A DNA stretch of 64,000 nt from Alkalispirochaeta sp. (GTDB lineage: Bacteria; Spirochaetota; Spirochaetia; DSM-27196; Alkalispirochaetaceae), in NCBI GenBank assembly GCA_965242725.1, contig CBDESZ010000034.1, positions 43,195 through 107,194 on the forward strand, written 5' to 3'. Positions 50,469 through 59,270 of this stretch are shown one piece after another. Position numbers and translations under genes: made by a program. The notes beneath the pieces were generated by a model, which was not told the DNA's origin, made no database searches, and saw only the letters and a program-made list of their open reading frames with translations. How positions within the stretch are numbered: the stretch's first letter is position 1; every line of letters begins with the position of its first letter.

Positions 50469-51875
50469 TCAGACTGAGTACCGTGCCATCGCCTTGGTGA
50501 CGCGCTTGCGGGACGCCCGGATCTCATCGCCGTAGTCTTCCAGGAGCTTCCGCAGCTGCCGTTCCAGCCGGGAAAGTCCGAACTCCTGCTTCCCCACTTC
50601 AAAATTGTGATCCACCATCTCCTGTCGGCGTGACGGGTTGGTCAGGACCTCATGGATCTGGTCCAGGACGACATCTTCAATCAACAGGCGTCCGTCCCGA
50701 TCGTATGAATCCCGGACCTCGATATTCCGCATACCCGAGACCATGATGTCCGTCTTGTACACCAGGTAGGTCGTCGTCACCACCGGGACGCGCGCTGCAA
50801 CCGCCTCAAGAAGGGCGTTGCCGAAGCCCTCCCAAATGGGAAGGTACGTAACAAGGTCCGCGTTCACCAGGACATCCCGGTTGGTATACAGGCGCTCCCC
50901 CGTCTCGCTTGTCCCGCGGACGCTTTGCACCCGATCGCTGATAATATGGAGGGGAATGTCATACCGCTCGGCTTCACGGGTTATGAGATCGATGTAGTGT
51001 TCATCCGGCTCATCTCCCTGGTAGAGGGAAATGATGTAGTGCAGGCGACTGCGCCACTCGGGAAAGCGCCGCGCAAGGAGACCCACCAGCGCGACGGAGT
51101 CTTCAATCCGTTTTCGGGGCACAATACGCGTCGGTTGAACCACCAGAATATCGTCGTCTGAAAATCCGAAATCCTCCCTGAAACGGCGGTTATATTCATC
51201 GACCATGACGGGACGTTCAAAATCCTCACAGTTGGGAATGATGTGGGGGCTGACCCGTTTCAACGATGAGAGGATATGGGCCGCGTAGGACGATATGACT
51301 ACATGTTCCAGCGCAAGATCCACCGGCGGCATGATCGTCGTGAGAAGAGACTCGATGCGGCTGCCGGAAAACCTGCTCCGCTCCCACCAGAAGTCATGGT
51401 GGTGAAAAATGGTCGCCACCCGCTGAGTCGTGGCGACATAATACATCGCCACGCCGCCGAGGATCGTCATAGGCATGGCGTTTGTATTCTCGGCAATGAG
51501 GACGTCTATCCGGTGCTCCTTCACAATTTCATGGAGGGTTGCTCCCAGCTCCCTCCCCCGCGTCTCAATCTGTTCGATAAGCTGACGCAGTTCCAGGCTT
51601 CCCGGATGGTAGGGAATCGAATTCATATGCGGAAAGACGTGCATTTCAACGCGTCTTTGAAACTCGCTGTCAAAGCGCAGCTCCGGAAGGGTCAACCTCC
51701 GCTCCTCGGGGATCAGTGACGGCGCCTGGGGATAGACACCGGCGATTGTATACACCTCGTGCCCCATCTCGGTAAGGATGGCGATCCACTTGTCCACCTC
51801 CAGGGAGACGCCGTCGACACCGCCAAGCTTTCCGCTCACCACTCCGATTCGAAAAATCCCGTTATCCTCCGACAC
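50469..51875 (-). CDS. GT4 glycosyltransferase, similar to mannosylglucosylglycerate synthase
   Basis: DGVSLEVDKW..MGHEV, HHHDFWWER, QPTRIVPRK, WEGFGNALLEA; GGAGG RBS. Confidence 0.8.
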   Translation of the reverse strand: MSEDNGIFRIGVVSGKLGGVDGVSLEVDKWIAILTEMGHEVYTIAGVYPQAPSLIPEERRLTLPELRFDSEFQRRVEMHVFPHMNSIPYHPGSLELRQLIEQIETRGRELGATLHEIVKEHRIDVLIAENTNAMPMTILGGVAMYYVATTQRVATIFHHHDFWWERSRFSGSRIESLLTTIMPPVDLALEHVVISSYAAHILSSLKRVSPHIIPNCEDFERPVMVDEYNRRFREDFGFSDDDILVVQPTRIVPRKRIEDSVALVGLLARRFPEWRSRLHYIISLYQGDEPDEHYIDLITREAERYDIPLHIISDRVQSVRGTSETGERLYTNRDVLVNADLVTYLPIWEGFGNALLEAVAARVPVVTTTYLVYKTDIMVSGMRNIEVRDSYDRDGRLLIEDVVLDQIHEVLTNPSRRQEMVDHNFEVGKQEFGLSRLERQLRKLLEDYGDEIRASRKRVTKAMARYSV

Positions 51876-53913
51876 CAAGACCTCCCCCTTTACGTCCCGA
51901 GGCGACGTATTGAATCACCGCTGCAATAAGAATGAGAATCGCAAGGATACCCGTGGCGACGGGAAACCAGTCTCCCCATCGTTGATACGGCGTTTCCCGT
52001 TGGCCCCGTGCCGGAACGGCCACGTCGACAACGAGAGCCTCTTCCGCGTACTGCGGAGCCGTAGCGATGATACGCCCCCGCGCATCGATATGACCAGTCC
52101 GTCCGCTCGCCGTAGAGCGGACCATCGGTTTTTCAAGCTCAACGGCCCGAAAAAGGGCGGCGGCAAAGTGCTGTTGCGCCGCCTGTTCACGGAGTGACCA
52201 ATAATCATTAGTGATATTGACGATTACCTCCATGCCGTTCAACGCAAAACGTCGTACCACTCCGGGAAAGACGTCCTCAAAACAGATGGGCGTCGCAAAG
52301 CGGAACTGCGGGTGGTGAAAGACTGTGTATTCCGTTCCGGGCGTCCAGAAGTGGATGTCCACATTCATGAGCATGTCGTACACCCACGGCAGCTGCCGAC
52401 GATACGGGAAGTACTCGGTAAAGGGAACGAGTTTCACCTTATGGTACGTTTCCATGCGCTCTCCCTCCGGCGAGAAGAGGACCGACGCATTGTAGCTGTC
52501 CCGATCGATTTCGTTCCCCTCCTCGTCGAGGATTCGCCGATAGTCGTCATTTCCCGTGAGAAGCCACGTGTCCACGCCTTCAAGGTAGTCGGTAAAACGG
52601 CGTACCAGCCTCGCAAGGGCGAATCGTTCCGGATCCTCCTGGGACCACCGCCGAATATTGGGGACAAAGGCGGTCTCCGACCACACCACCAGGTCGGGAT
52701 TTTCACCGAGCGTTTCGTCGGTGAGAGCCGTGAGGGACTCGAAGGTTCGACTGTAGTTGTGTTTGCGGGGATCGCTGTTCTGCTGAATAAGGGCAAGGCG
52801 GACCGTTCCGTTCGATTCGACCTCATTCTGCAGCATGCCGAACCCAAACAGCCCGTTTCCGACGACGACTGCGGCGGCGGCGACAACCCACAACAGCTTC
52901 CTGCGCAGGACTCCCTCCGCAATCAGAGCGTTCACCGTAAGAACGATGAAACTCACCATCCAGACCCCGCCGTAACGGGCGGTCTGTATCATCCAGGGAG
53001 CCTGATACTGACTGTGCGCCGCCAGCAGCCAGGGATATCCAAGAAACCCGGAACTCCGGGCAAGCTCAAAGGTTGTCCAGGTCAGCGGCAGGATGAGGAC
53101 CATAAAGATCGCGCGCGCCCGAAAACGGTGCATCAGCGCGAGAAGCAATACGACGAGGGGGATATAGAGCAGGTAGAAAAAGAGAAAAATGACCCCCACC
53201 GCCTGAAGACTGATGAGGTTGAATGTGCCCAGCCAGTAGTTCCCTATCAGCGTAAAGAGCACACCGTAGAGAAGTCCGTACCAAATCGCCCTTCCTGGAC
53301 GGCGGGCCGACACCTCCCGCCGGATCAGGACAAAGAGCGGAACCATCCCCACCCACCCGAGGACGGCGATCCCTTCCTTGTGGGCAAAGGAGGGATAGGA
53401 GAGCACCGAGAGGAGAACGGAAAGGACCATCAGCGCCGGTGCAATCGCCCGTTTCCCCCGGCGTTCCCTGAGGATACCGGTGTCCAGCCACAGGAGTGCA
53501 TCCACAAGGATGAGGGGAAGGTAGTGCCCTGCAACGAGGAGACGTTCCGTCGTCGTGTCCGGGGCGAGTTGAATGGTACCGCCCCCGGCGATGAATCGCT
53601 GAACGTAATCCATGCCGGCGTTACTCGCGTAGATGTAGTCAAAAAGGAAGAGAAACACGCCAAAAAAGAAGAGCCCTTCCGCCGCGTTTCCCGTATACCT
53701 TCGATCGGGCAGGTCATTCTGTAGCAGTTGAAGGCCCATCTGGAACGCCCACACAAAGTGAAGCGACAGAAATGCAAGGAGCAGACCGTCGCCCATGCCG
53801 ATGGGAACGACGGAAAACCCGGGAAGAAAAGCAATGATCGTCCCCGAAAGGGTCGCGGCAAAGAGGGCCAGCACCCCCGCCGTACTCCTTCGGTATTCCG
53901 TAATCCGGCTCAT
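51862..53913 (-). CDS. lnt: Apolipoprotein N-acyltransferase
   Basis: GYPW, VWSETA, YHKVKLVPFTEY, ICFED, ITNDYW. Confidence 0.92.
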   Translation of the reverse strand: MSRITEYRRSTAGVLALFAATLSGTIIAFLPGFSVVPIGMGDGLLLAFLSLHFVWAFQMGLQLLQNDLPDRRYTGNAAEGLFFFGVFLFLFDYIYASNAGMDYVQRFIAGGGTIQLAPDTTTERLLVAGHYLPLILVDALLWLDTGILRERRGKRAIAPALMVLSVLLSVLSYPSFAHKEGIAVLGWVGMVPLFVLIRREVSARRPGRAIWYGLLYGVLFTLIGNYWLGTFNLISLQAVGVIFLFFYLLYIPLVVLLLALMHRFRARAIFMVLILPLTWTTFELARSSGFLGYPWLLAAHSQYQAPWMIQTARYGGVWMVSFIVLTVNALIAEGVLRRKLLWVVAAAAVVVGNGLFGFGMLQNEVESNGTVRLALIQQNSDPRKHNYSRTFESLTALTDETLGENPDLVVWSETAFVPNIRRWSQEDPERFALARLVRRFTDYLEGVDTWLLTGNDDYRRILDEEGNEIDRDSYNASVLFSPEGERMETYHKVKLVPFTEYFPYRRQLPWVYDMLMNVDIHFWTPGTEYTVFHHPQFRFATPICFEDVFPGVVRRFALNGMEVIVNITNDYWSLREQAAQQHFAAALFRAVELEKPMVRSTASGRTGHIDARGRIIATAPQYAEEALVVDVAVPARGQRETPYQRWGDWFPVATGILAILILIAAVIQYVASGRKGGGLGVGG

Positions 53914-53967
53914 CCCTCTATACTACTGAAACTTTCGGGTCTGTGTAGAGCGTCGGGAGAGCACATC

Positions 53968-55311
53968 ATGAGCGAAGAAAAAAGGCAGCAGAGAAGACGT
54001 CGTCGCGACATGAGGCGGGCACGGCGCAAAATACGCACGAATCCACATATAAACCGGATCCTGCGATTTCTCACCCGCGCCATTCTCACAACAGTCTTCC
54101 GCGTATCCACGGAAGGCCTCGAAACGGTACACCGTCAGCGGGGGGCCTTCCTGGTGGTCGGCAACCACAGCGCCGTGATAGACCCCTTTCTCGTGGGATG
54201 CTACATGAACCGGCCCATTCACTTTGTCGCGTCTGACTCTCAATTTCGGTCGCCTGTTGTGTCGTTTCTCTTCGGCCTCCTGGGAGTCATACCCAAGACG
54301 AAAGTGATGGCCGACCTGGACACGGTAAAAAAGATCGTCACGGTCAAACAAAACGGGGGGATCATCGGTCTCTTCCCGGAAGGTCAGAGCGGTTGGGACG
54401 GACACAGCCTTCCAATCGTCAAGGCGACGGACAAGCTCGTGAAATCCCTCAAGGTTCCCGTCGTGGCGGCCCAAATACGGGGCGCCTACTTCTCGTGGCC
54501 CCGGTGGGGACGCACCTTCCGGCGCGGTCGGATAACCATACACTTCAAGAAGATCCTCGAGCCGGGAGACCTGCGCTCCCTGACGGTTGACGAAGTGGGG
54601 ACCATCCTGAAGGAGGAACTCACCTTCGACGCCTTTGAATATCAGCGACGAAAACATATACCCTTTTTTGGTGCCCGTCGGGCGGAATACCTCGAGCGGG
54701 CGCTTTTCATCTGTCCCAGGTGCAACGGCGTCGACCTCCTCCATTCCCATGGACAGCAGCTTGGCTGCACCCGATGCGGGTACACAGTCCGTCTCACCCG
54801 GGAGGGCTTCTTTCAGCCCGTAGCCGGTCCCCTCCGTTTCGGCACGATCCGGGAGTGGAATCTCTGGCAAATCGAGGAATTTCACCGCTACATTGACGGA
54901 TTTCTTTCCCGGGGCGGGGAAGGCGCCGCCCGGGGATCCACAGCCGCCGGTTCCGGGGCCGCTCCCGTCAATGATTCCACCCGGAACCCCGCCCACGGAC
55001 TCGACGCCATCCTGAAGGAAGAAGCGGTACTGATCCAGGAGGGCTTCAAAACCCGGCCACTCACGCCGCTGGGAACGGGCGCAATGATCCTCTACCCCGA
55101 CAGGCTGACCATGCGCCCGGGAACGGCGGAATTGAGCGTTCCCATCGGAAAGGTGGAAGGAATCAACGTGCAGAACAACGAGCATCTCGAGTTTTACGTC
55201 GAAGACACCCTGTACAAGATCTCACCGGTCAGCCCCCGGGGTAATACCTACAAATGGGACGTCGCCGTTCGCCATTTGCGAAACCGCCACGCCGCGGCAG
55301 CAGTGGGCTGA
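53968..55311 (+). CDS. PlsC-family acyltransferase with C-terminal zinc ribbon
   Basis: NHSAVID, FPEG, CPRC..CTRC. Confidence 0.85.
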   Translation: MSEEKRQQRRRRRDMRRARRKIRTNPHINRILRFLTRAILTTVFRVSTEGLETVHRQRGAFLVVGNHSAVIDPFLVGCYMNRPIHFVASDSQFRSPVVSFLFGLLGVIPKTKVMADLDTVKKIVTVKQNGGIIGLFPEGQSGWDGHSLPIVKATDKLVKSLKVPVVAAQIRGAYFSWPRWGRTFRRGRITIHFKKILEPGDLRSLTVDEVGTILKEELTFDAFEYQRRKHIPFFGARRAEYLERALFICPRCNGVDLLHSHGQQLGCTRCGYTVRLTREGFFQPVAGPLRFGTIREWNLWQIEEFHRYIDGFLSRGGEGAARGSTAAGSGAAPVNDSTRNPAHGLDAILKEEAVLIQEGFKTRPLTPLGTGAMILYPDRLTMRPGTAELSVPIGKVEGINVQNNEHLEFYVEDTLYKISPVSPRGNTYKWDVAVRHLRNRHAAAAVG

Positions 55312-55389
55312 AGGCACGCCGACGGCGAACCGGCACATACTTGACCGTTCCCGGTCTCTGTGATACACATAGTGCTCCCGAATGAATCG

Positions 55390-55453
55390 TTCCGCATGCC
55401 GCCTTGCGGCGCGGAAATAACGAAAACATCCGGCTCACGCCGACAGTTTTCGT
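55390..55453 (+). promoter_or_regulatory. Two-hairpin 5' leader of rpmG-rpmB
   Basis: TTCCGC..GCCGC-CTT-GCGGC-GCGGAA and ACGAAAAC..CGGC-TCAC-GCCG..GTTTTCGT just upstream of the AGGAG RBS. Confidence 0.5.
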
Positions 55454-55471
55454 AACAGCAGGAGAAAGACA

Positions 55472-55645
55472 GTGGCAAAACCGAAAAAAGGAAATCTGGT
55501 GCGGGTCCGGCTCAAGAGCAGCGAAAGCGGATACTGCTACTATACGGTCAAGAACAAGCGGAACACTCCCAACAAGATGGAGTTTATGAAATACGACCCC
55601 TTCGTCCGCAAACACGTCCTTTTCAAAGAGTCGGGCAAGGTTTAA
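55472..55645 (+). CDS. rpmG: 50S ribosomal protein L33 (no CxxC motifs)
   Basis: Below the ORF track cutoff; GTG start, MAKPKKGNLVRVRLKSSESGYCYYTVKNKRNTPNKMEFMKYDPFVRKHVLFKESGKV. Confidence 0.95.
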   Translation: MAKPKKGNLVRVRLKSSESGYCYYTVKNKRNTPNKMEFMKYDPFVRKHVLFKESGKV

Positions 55646-55661
55646 TCAGAGGAGTACCAGA

Positions 55662-55901
55662 ATGAGTCGCAGATGTGCCATATCCGGCAAAAAACCGATG
55701 GCGGGAAACAACGTATCCCACGCCCACAACAAGACGCGGCGGTGGCAGCTTCCCAACATCCAGACAAAGAATCTTTTCGTTCCTGAACTCAACCGGCACG
55801 TACGTCTGAAGGTCAGCACCCGGGCGTTGCGTACAATCAGCAAGATCGGCCTTCTGCCGTACCTCCGCAAAGAGGGACTGCAGCTCAAGGACGTAACCTG
55901 A
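55662..55901 (+). CDS. rpmB: 50S ribosomal protein L28
   Basis: MSRRCAISGK..GNNVSHAHNKTRR..PNIQ; GAGGAG RBS. Confidence 0.96.
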   Translation: MSRRCAISGKKPMAGNNVSHAHNKTRRWQLPNIQTKNLFVPELNRHVRLKVSTRALRTISKIGLLPYLRKEGLQLKDVT

Positions 55902-55954
55902 GAGCTCCTTCAGGACATGCGCCCGCGGGCGCATCGTAACCGCATCAGCGGAAT

Positions 55955-55998
55955 AAAAAAGCACCGGTCGTCGCATTGACGGCGCGGTGCTTTTTTTT
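55955..55998. terminator. Bidirectional intrinsic terminator
   Basis: A6-GCACCG-GTCGTC-GCATT-GACGGC-G-CGGTGC-T8 between convergent genes. Confidence 0.88.
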
Positions 55999-56042
55999 CT
56001 TCAAAATTTATGTCGAACGCCAGGCGTCACTGCGCCGGCACC

Positions 56043-56747
56043 CTACCTCCGGTTGCCCAAAAAGCGCAGGAGAAAGAGAAACAGGTTAATAAAGTCGAGG
56101 TAAAGCTTCAGCGCTCCCATGATGGAAACGCGCATATAGTCAGCCTCATCGGCACCGTTCCCCAGTTGATCGCTCCACCGCTTGATCATCTGCGTGTCGT
56201 ACGCCGTCAGCCCCATGAAGAGAAAGACCCCGATAAAGGAGACGATGTAATCGAGGGTGGCGCTGCGGAGAAACATATTCACCACCGAGGCGATGATGAT
56301 CCCGATAAGCCCGGCAAAGAGGTACTGCCCCATTCCGCCGAGGTTCCGCTTTGTCGTCACCGCGTAGATGCTCAGCGCTCCAAAGGTGCCTGCCGTTACA
56401 AAAAAGGTCGTCGCGATGCTTACGCCCGTGTAGGCGAGAAAGATGACCGACAAGGTCACGCCGTTGAGGACTGCATATCCCGCGAAGGAGAGCGTCGCCG
56501 CGGTGGGACTCATTCGACCGATGTTTGCGGAAAGTATCCATACCAGTGCCAGCTCACCGATGATCAGCGCAAGAAACACGCCGCTGCCCATGATTGCCCG
56601 TACCAGCTGGGTGTTTCCGGAGACGTACATCGCCACCACACCGGTAATCGCAAGGCCCAGGGCCATCCACGTATATACGTTTCTCAGAATACTCCGTTCC
56701 CGGACTGCGGCACCCTGAAGTGCCTGTGTGTGTTCCTGAAATGCCAT
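56043..56747 (-). CDS. Bax inhibitor-1/YccA family membrane protein
   Basis: VYTWMALGL, LTAYDTQMIK, GALKLYLDFINLFL; GGAGG RBS. Confidence 0.92.
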   Translation of the reverse strand: MAFQEHTQALQGAAVRERSILRNVYTWMALGLAITGVVAMYVSGNTQLVRAIMGSGVFLALIIGELALVWILSANIGRMSPTAATLSFAGYAVLNGVTLSVIFLAYTGVSIATTFFVTAGTFGALSIYAVTTKRNLGGMGQYLFAGLIGIIIASVVNMFLRSATLDYIVSFIGVFLFMGLTAYDTQMIKRWSDQLGNGADEADYMRVSIMGALKLYLDFINLFLFLLRFLGNRR

Positions 56748-56864
56748 TGTTGTTTTTCCTCCATAGCGGCGTTCCGCCGCCTTCAGACAAAAGGTACCAC
56801 CTGGGAAATAAAAGTCAAGCGTCCTGGAAGTCGTGGTATAATAAAAACATAGACGGGTAAGAAT

Positions 56865-57281
56865 ATGGATGGAGACAACGTTGCCACCAAGGGGCTCCAT
56901 GAAGCGGTACTCGATGCACTGAAATCTCCCATCGTCGCAATTGACCGGAAGGGCACGGTGGTGGAGTGGAATCGTGCGGCGGAATTGTGCACCGGTATCA
57001 ACAGACAGGACGCCCTCGGCCGTGAAATATGGGATCTCAACGCCAGAGTCGCCCCGGCGATAGTACCCTATGAAGACGCACTTGTACGCTCCAAAAACCG
57101 ATTTACATCCCTTGTCGCACTGAGCGACCAACGAGAGATGGGCTGGAGGGAGGAGTTCGATTGGGAAATTCTCTCAACCAGCGGTGAGGAACGTCGCTAT
57201 CATACGGAAGCATTCCCCGTCGTCGTAGACCGTGCCGTCGTGATCGTCAGCGTCCTAGAACACGCCCAGAACATTGCGTAG
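56865..57281 (+). CDS. Stand-alone PAS domain protein
   Basis: VLDAL..IVAIDRKGTVVEWNRAAE..G..DALGR; TG-G-TATAAT upstream. Confidence 0.75.
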   Translation: MDGDNVATKGLHEAVLDALKSPIVAIDRKGTVVEWNRAAELCTGINRQDALGREIWDLNARVAPAIVPYEDALVRSKNRFTSLVALSDQREMGWREEFDWEILSTSGEERRYHTEAFPVVVDRAVVIVSVLEHAQNIA

Positions 57282-58490
57282 GCGTTTTCCCGCCGTCGCA
57301 ATCGTCTTTTTGTCGTGCAACCCCGTTATCACAAACCATGGCCCCCTTCCGGGAAAAGCGTCCTCCATACCGTAAAGATAGCCGGGATGGACGAGAACAC
57401 CCGCCCGGTCGATGAGTTGACATGCAATCTGTTCATCATCAACGGTACCGAATCTCCCGGCGGCGGTGACGGGATCGAGTTTCAGGAGGTAATGAATACC
57501 TCCCGGCACGGACGCCCCCCGGTAATGCTCCAGAACGGGAATGGTCCGCAGCATCTCATCCATGGAGCGTCGCCGTTCCAGCACCGCCTGTTGTATGTCG
57601 TCCAGCCCTGCCCGCCCCTCCGGGGTATCCAGAAACACCTGTCCCGCCGCCTCGGCAAAACCTGAAGCGGTCAGGTAGGTGTCGTGAATCGTGTCCAGCG
57701 TCGCTACGGCCGCTTCCCGGGCGGCGGTATCACCTCCCGTCACGGCGATCCACCCCAGCTTGATCTCCGGTGCGGCGGCGAGTTTGGACAGACCGTTGAG
57801 ACGTATCGTCAGGGACCGGAAGGTATACGGGACGGCGGGATTCTCCCGGGGAGCGGCAAACCGGCTGAAGACTTCATCGATGATAAGAAGCGCGCCGTAC
57901 CGGGCGCACAGCTCATCGACGGCCGCGAACATCGCCGGGTCGGTAACAACGCCGGTGGGATTTCCGGGCGAAATGAGAATGACCGCGCCTACGCCGTCCT
58001 GCAACAACGCCTCAATTTCCGCGGGATCCGGTTGAAAGCCGCGTTCGGGGGAGAGGTGATACCATCGGACCCCCATTCCCGCGTCCAGGGCAAGTTCTTC
58101 AAAGAGCGGATACCCCGGCCGTGGGAGGGCGACGAGGGGTTTCCGGTCGCCATGGGTGTCGGACCATCCGGAAGTAGTTCCCGTTCGTCGCATACACTGA
58201 AAGATCAGAAAATAGGAGATACTGGAACCGGAGGTGACGACGATATTGTCGGAGGAAATGGGATTCCCTTCGGCGACAAGGTACCGGTGTATGACCTCCC
58301 TCAGCGCCGGGGCCCCCAGACCGGAGGGCCGATATGCGCCGTCATTCCGCCATCGCGCAAAGGCCGTCCGGTAGAGATCTTCCGACGGATGGATCCCGGC
58401 ACGACGAAAATCGCTGCTCGTCAAGTCAATGAGCGCCGACTCCCCGTGTCGGTGTATATAGTCCCGGCGCGTTTTTTCAAGGAGATTCAT
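57255..58490 (-). CDS. PLP-dependent aminotransferase class I/II
   Basis: PGYPLF, SPGNPTG, IDEVF, NGLSK..KLGW. Confidence 0.85.
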   Translation of the reverse strand: MNLLEKTRRDYIHRHGESALIDLTSSDFRRAGIHPSEDLYRTAFARWRNDGAYRPSGLGAPALREVIHRYLVAEGNPISSDNIVVTSGSSISYFLIFQCMRRTGTTSGWSDTHGDRKPLVALPRPGYPLFEELALDAGMGVRWYHLSPERGFQPDPAEIEALLQDGVGAVILISPGNPTGVVTDPAMFAAVDELCARYGALLIIDEVFSRFAAPRENPAVPYTFRSLTIRLNGLSKLAAAPEIKLGWIAVTGGDTAAREAAVATLDTIHDTYLTASGFAEAAGQVFLDTPEGRAGLDDIQQAVLERRRSMDEMLRTIPVLEHYRGASVPGGIHYLLKLDPVTAAGRFGTVDDEQIACQLIDRAGVLVHPGYLYGMEDAFPGRGPWFVITGLHDKKTIATAGKRLRNVLGVF

Positions 58491-58496
58491 CCCTGG

Positions 58497-58526
58497 ATTG
58501 TCCCGGTGGGACGCAACGATTACAAT
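58497..58526. promoter_or_regulatory. Reciprocal overlapping divergent promoters
   Basis: + strand TTGTCC(58498)-17-TACAAT(58521); - strand TTGTAA(58525)-17-GACAAT(58502); each -10 is 6 nt from its ATG. Confidence 0.55.
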
Positions 58527-58532
58527 AGCGCA

Positions 58533-59270
58533 ATGATTGTCATCCCCGCGATAGATATAATCGGCGGCGCCTGCGTCCGTCTGCGTCAGGGTTCTTATGA
58601 CGACACAACCGTCTACGATGAAGATCCGGTCTCCGTGGCACAGCGCTTCGTCGCCGCCGGCGCGGGACGTATTCACCTTGTCGACCTCGACGCGGCGGCC
58701 GGTCGCGGTGACAATCGCGCGACGATCGTACGCATTCGACGTGCCGTCGCGTGCGTCCTGGAACTGGGCGGCGGCATTCGTTCCCGGGACGCCCTGGAGG
58801 CCGCCCTGGATGCCGGCATGGACTACGCCATCGTCGGGACCGTCCTCGCCCGCGATCCCGATACGGTCGCCCCATGGGCGGCAGAGTACGGAACAAAGAT
58901 GATCGCCTCCATCGACGCACGGGACGGATTTGTGCAGGTGGCGGGATGGCAGGAGGCAACGGAAATCACTGCGTCGCACCTGGCAAAAAAAGCGGGAGAA
59001 ATGGGGTTTGCGGCGGTGCAATACACCAACATTAGCCGCGACGGCACCCTTTCCGGTCCCGATGTCGCCGGAACGGTCGCCATCGCTGAGGCGACCACGA
59101 TACCCGTCATCCTTTCCGGGGGCATATCCACAACGGAAGACGCCGACGCCGTTCGCGTCGAGAGCAACGGAGCGATCGCGGGAGTGATCGTCGGTCGCGC
59201 CCTCTACGAAGGACACTTTGACCTTGCCGAGGCGATCCGCCGCAACGAAACCAGGGGAGTTGGACGATGA
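58533..59270 (+). CDS. hisA: ProFAR isomerase
   Basis: MIVIPAIDIIGGACVRLRQG, HLVDLD, LGGGIRS, SRDGTLSG, IVGRALYEG. Confidence 0.95.
   Translation: MIVIPAIDIIGGACVRLRQGSYDDTTVYDEDPVSVAQRFVAAGAGRIHLVDLDAAAGRGDNRATIVRIRRAVACVLELGGGIRSRDALEAALDAGMDYAIVGTVLARDPDTVAPWAAEYGTKMIASIDARDGFVQVAGWQEATEITASHLAKKAGEMGFAAVQYTNISRDGTLSGPDVAGTVAIAEATTIPVILSGGISTTEDADAVRVESNGAIAGVIVGRALYEGHFDLAEAIRRNETRGVGR

Noticed and set aside
55380..55392. GAATGA-A-TCGTTC near-palindrome as a Zur box
   Set aside because: Short, imperfect and a poor match to Zur/Fur consensus spacing.
57684..59216. Long overlapping ORFs suggesting extended HisA (528 aa) and aminotransferase (653 aa)
   Set aside because: Each extension is the antisense frame of the divergent neighbour; true starts are 58533 and 58490.
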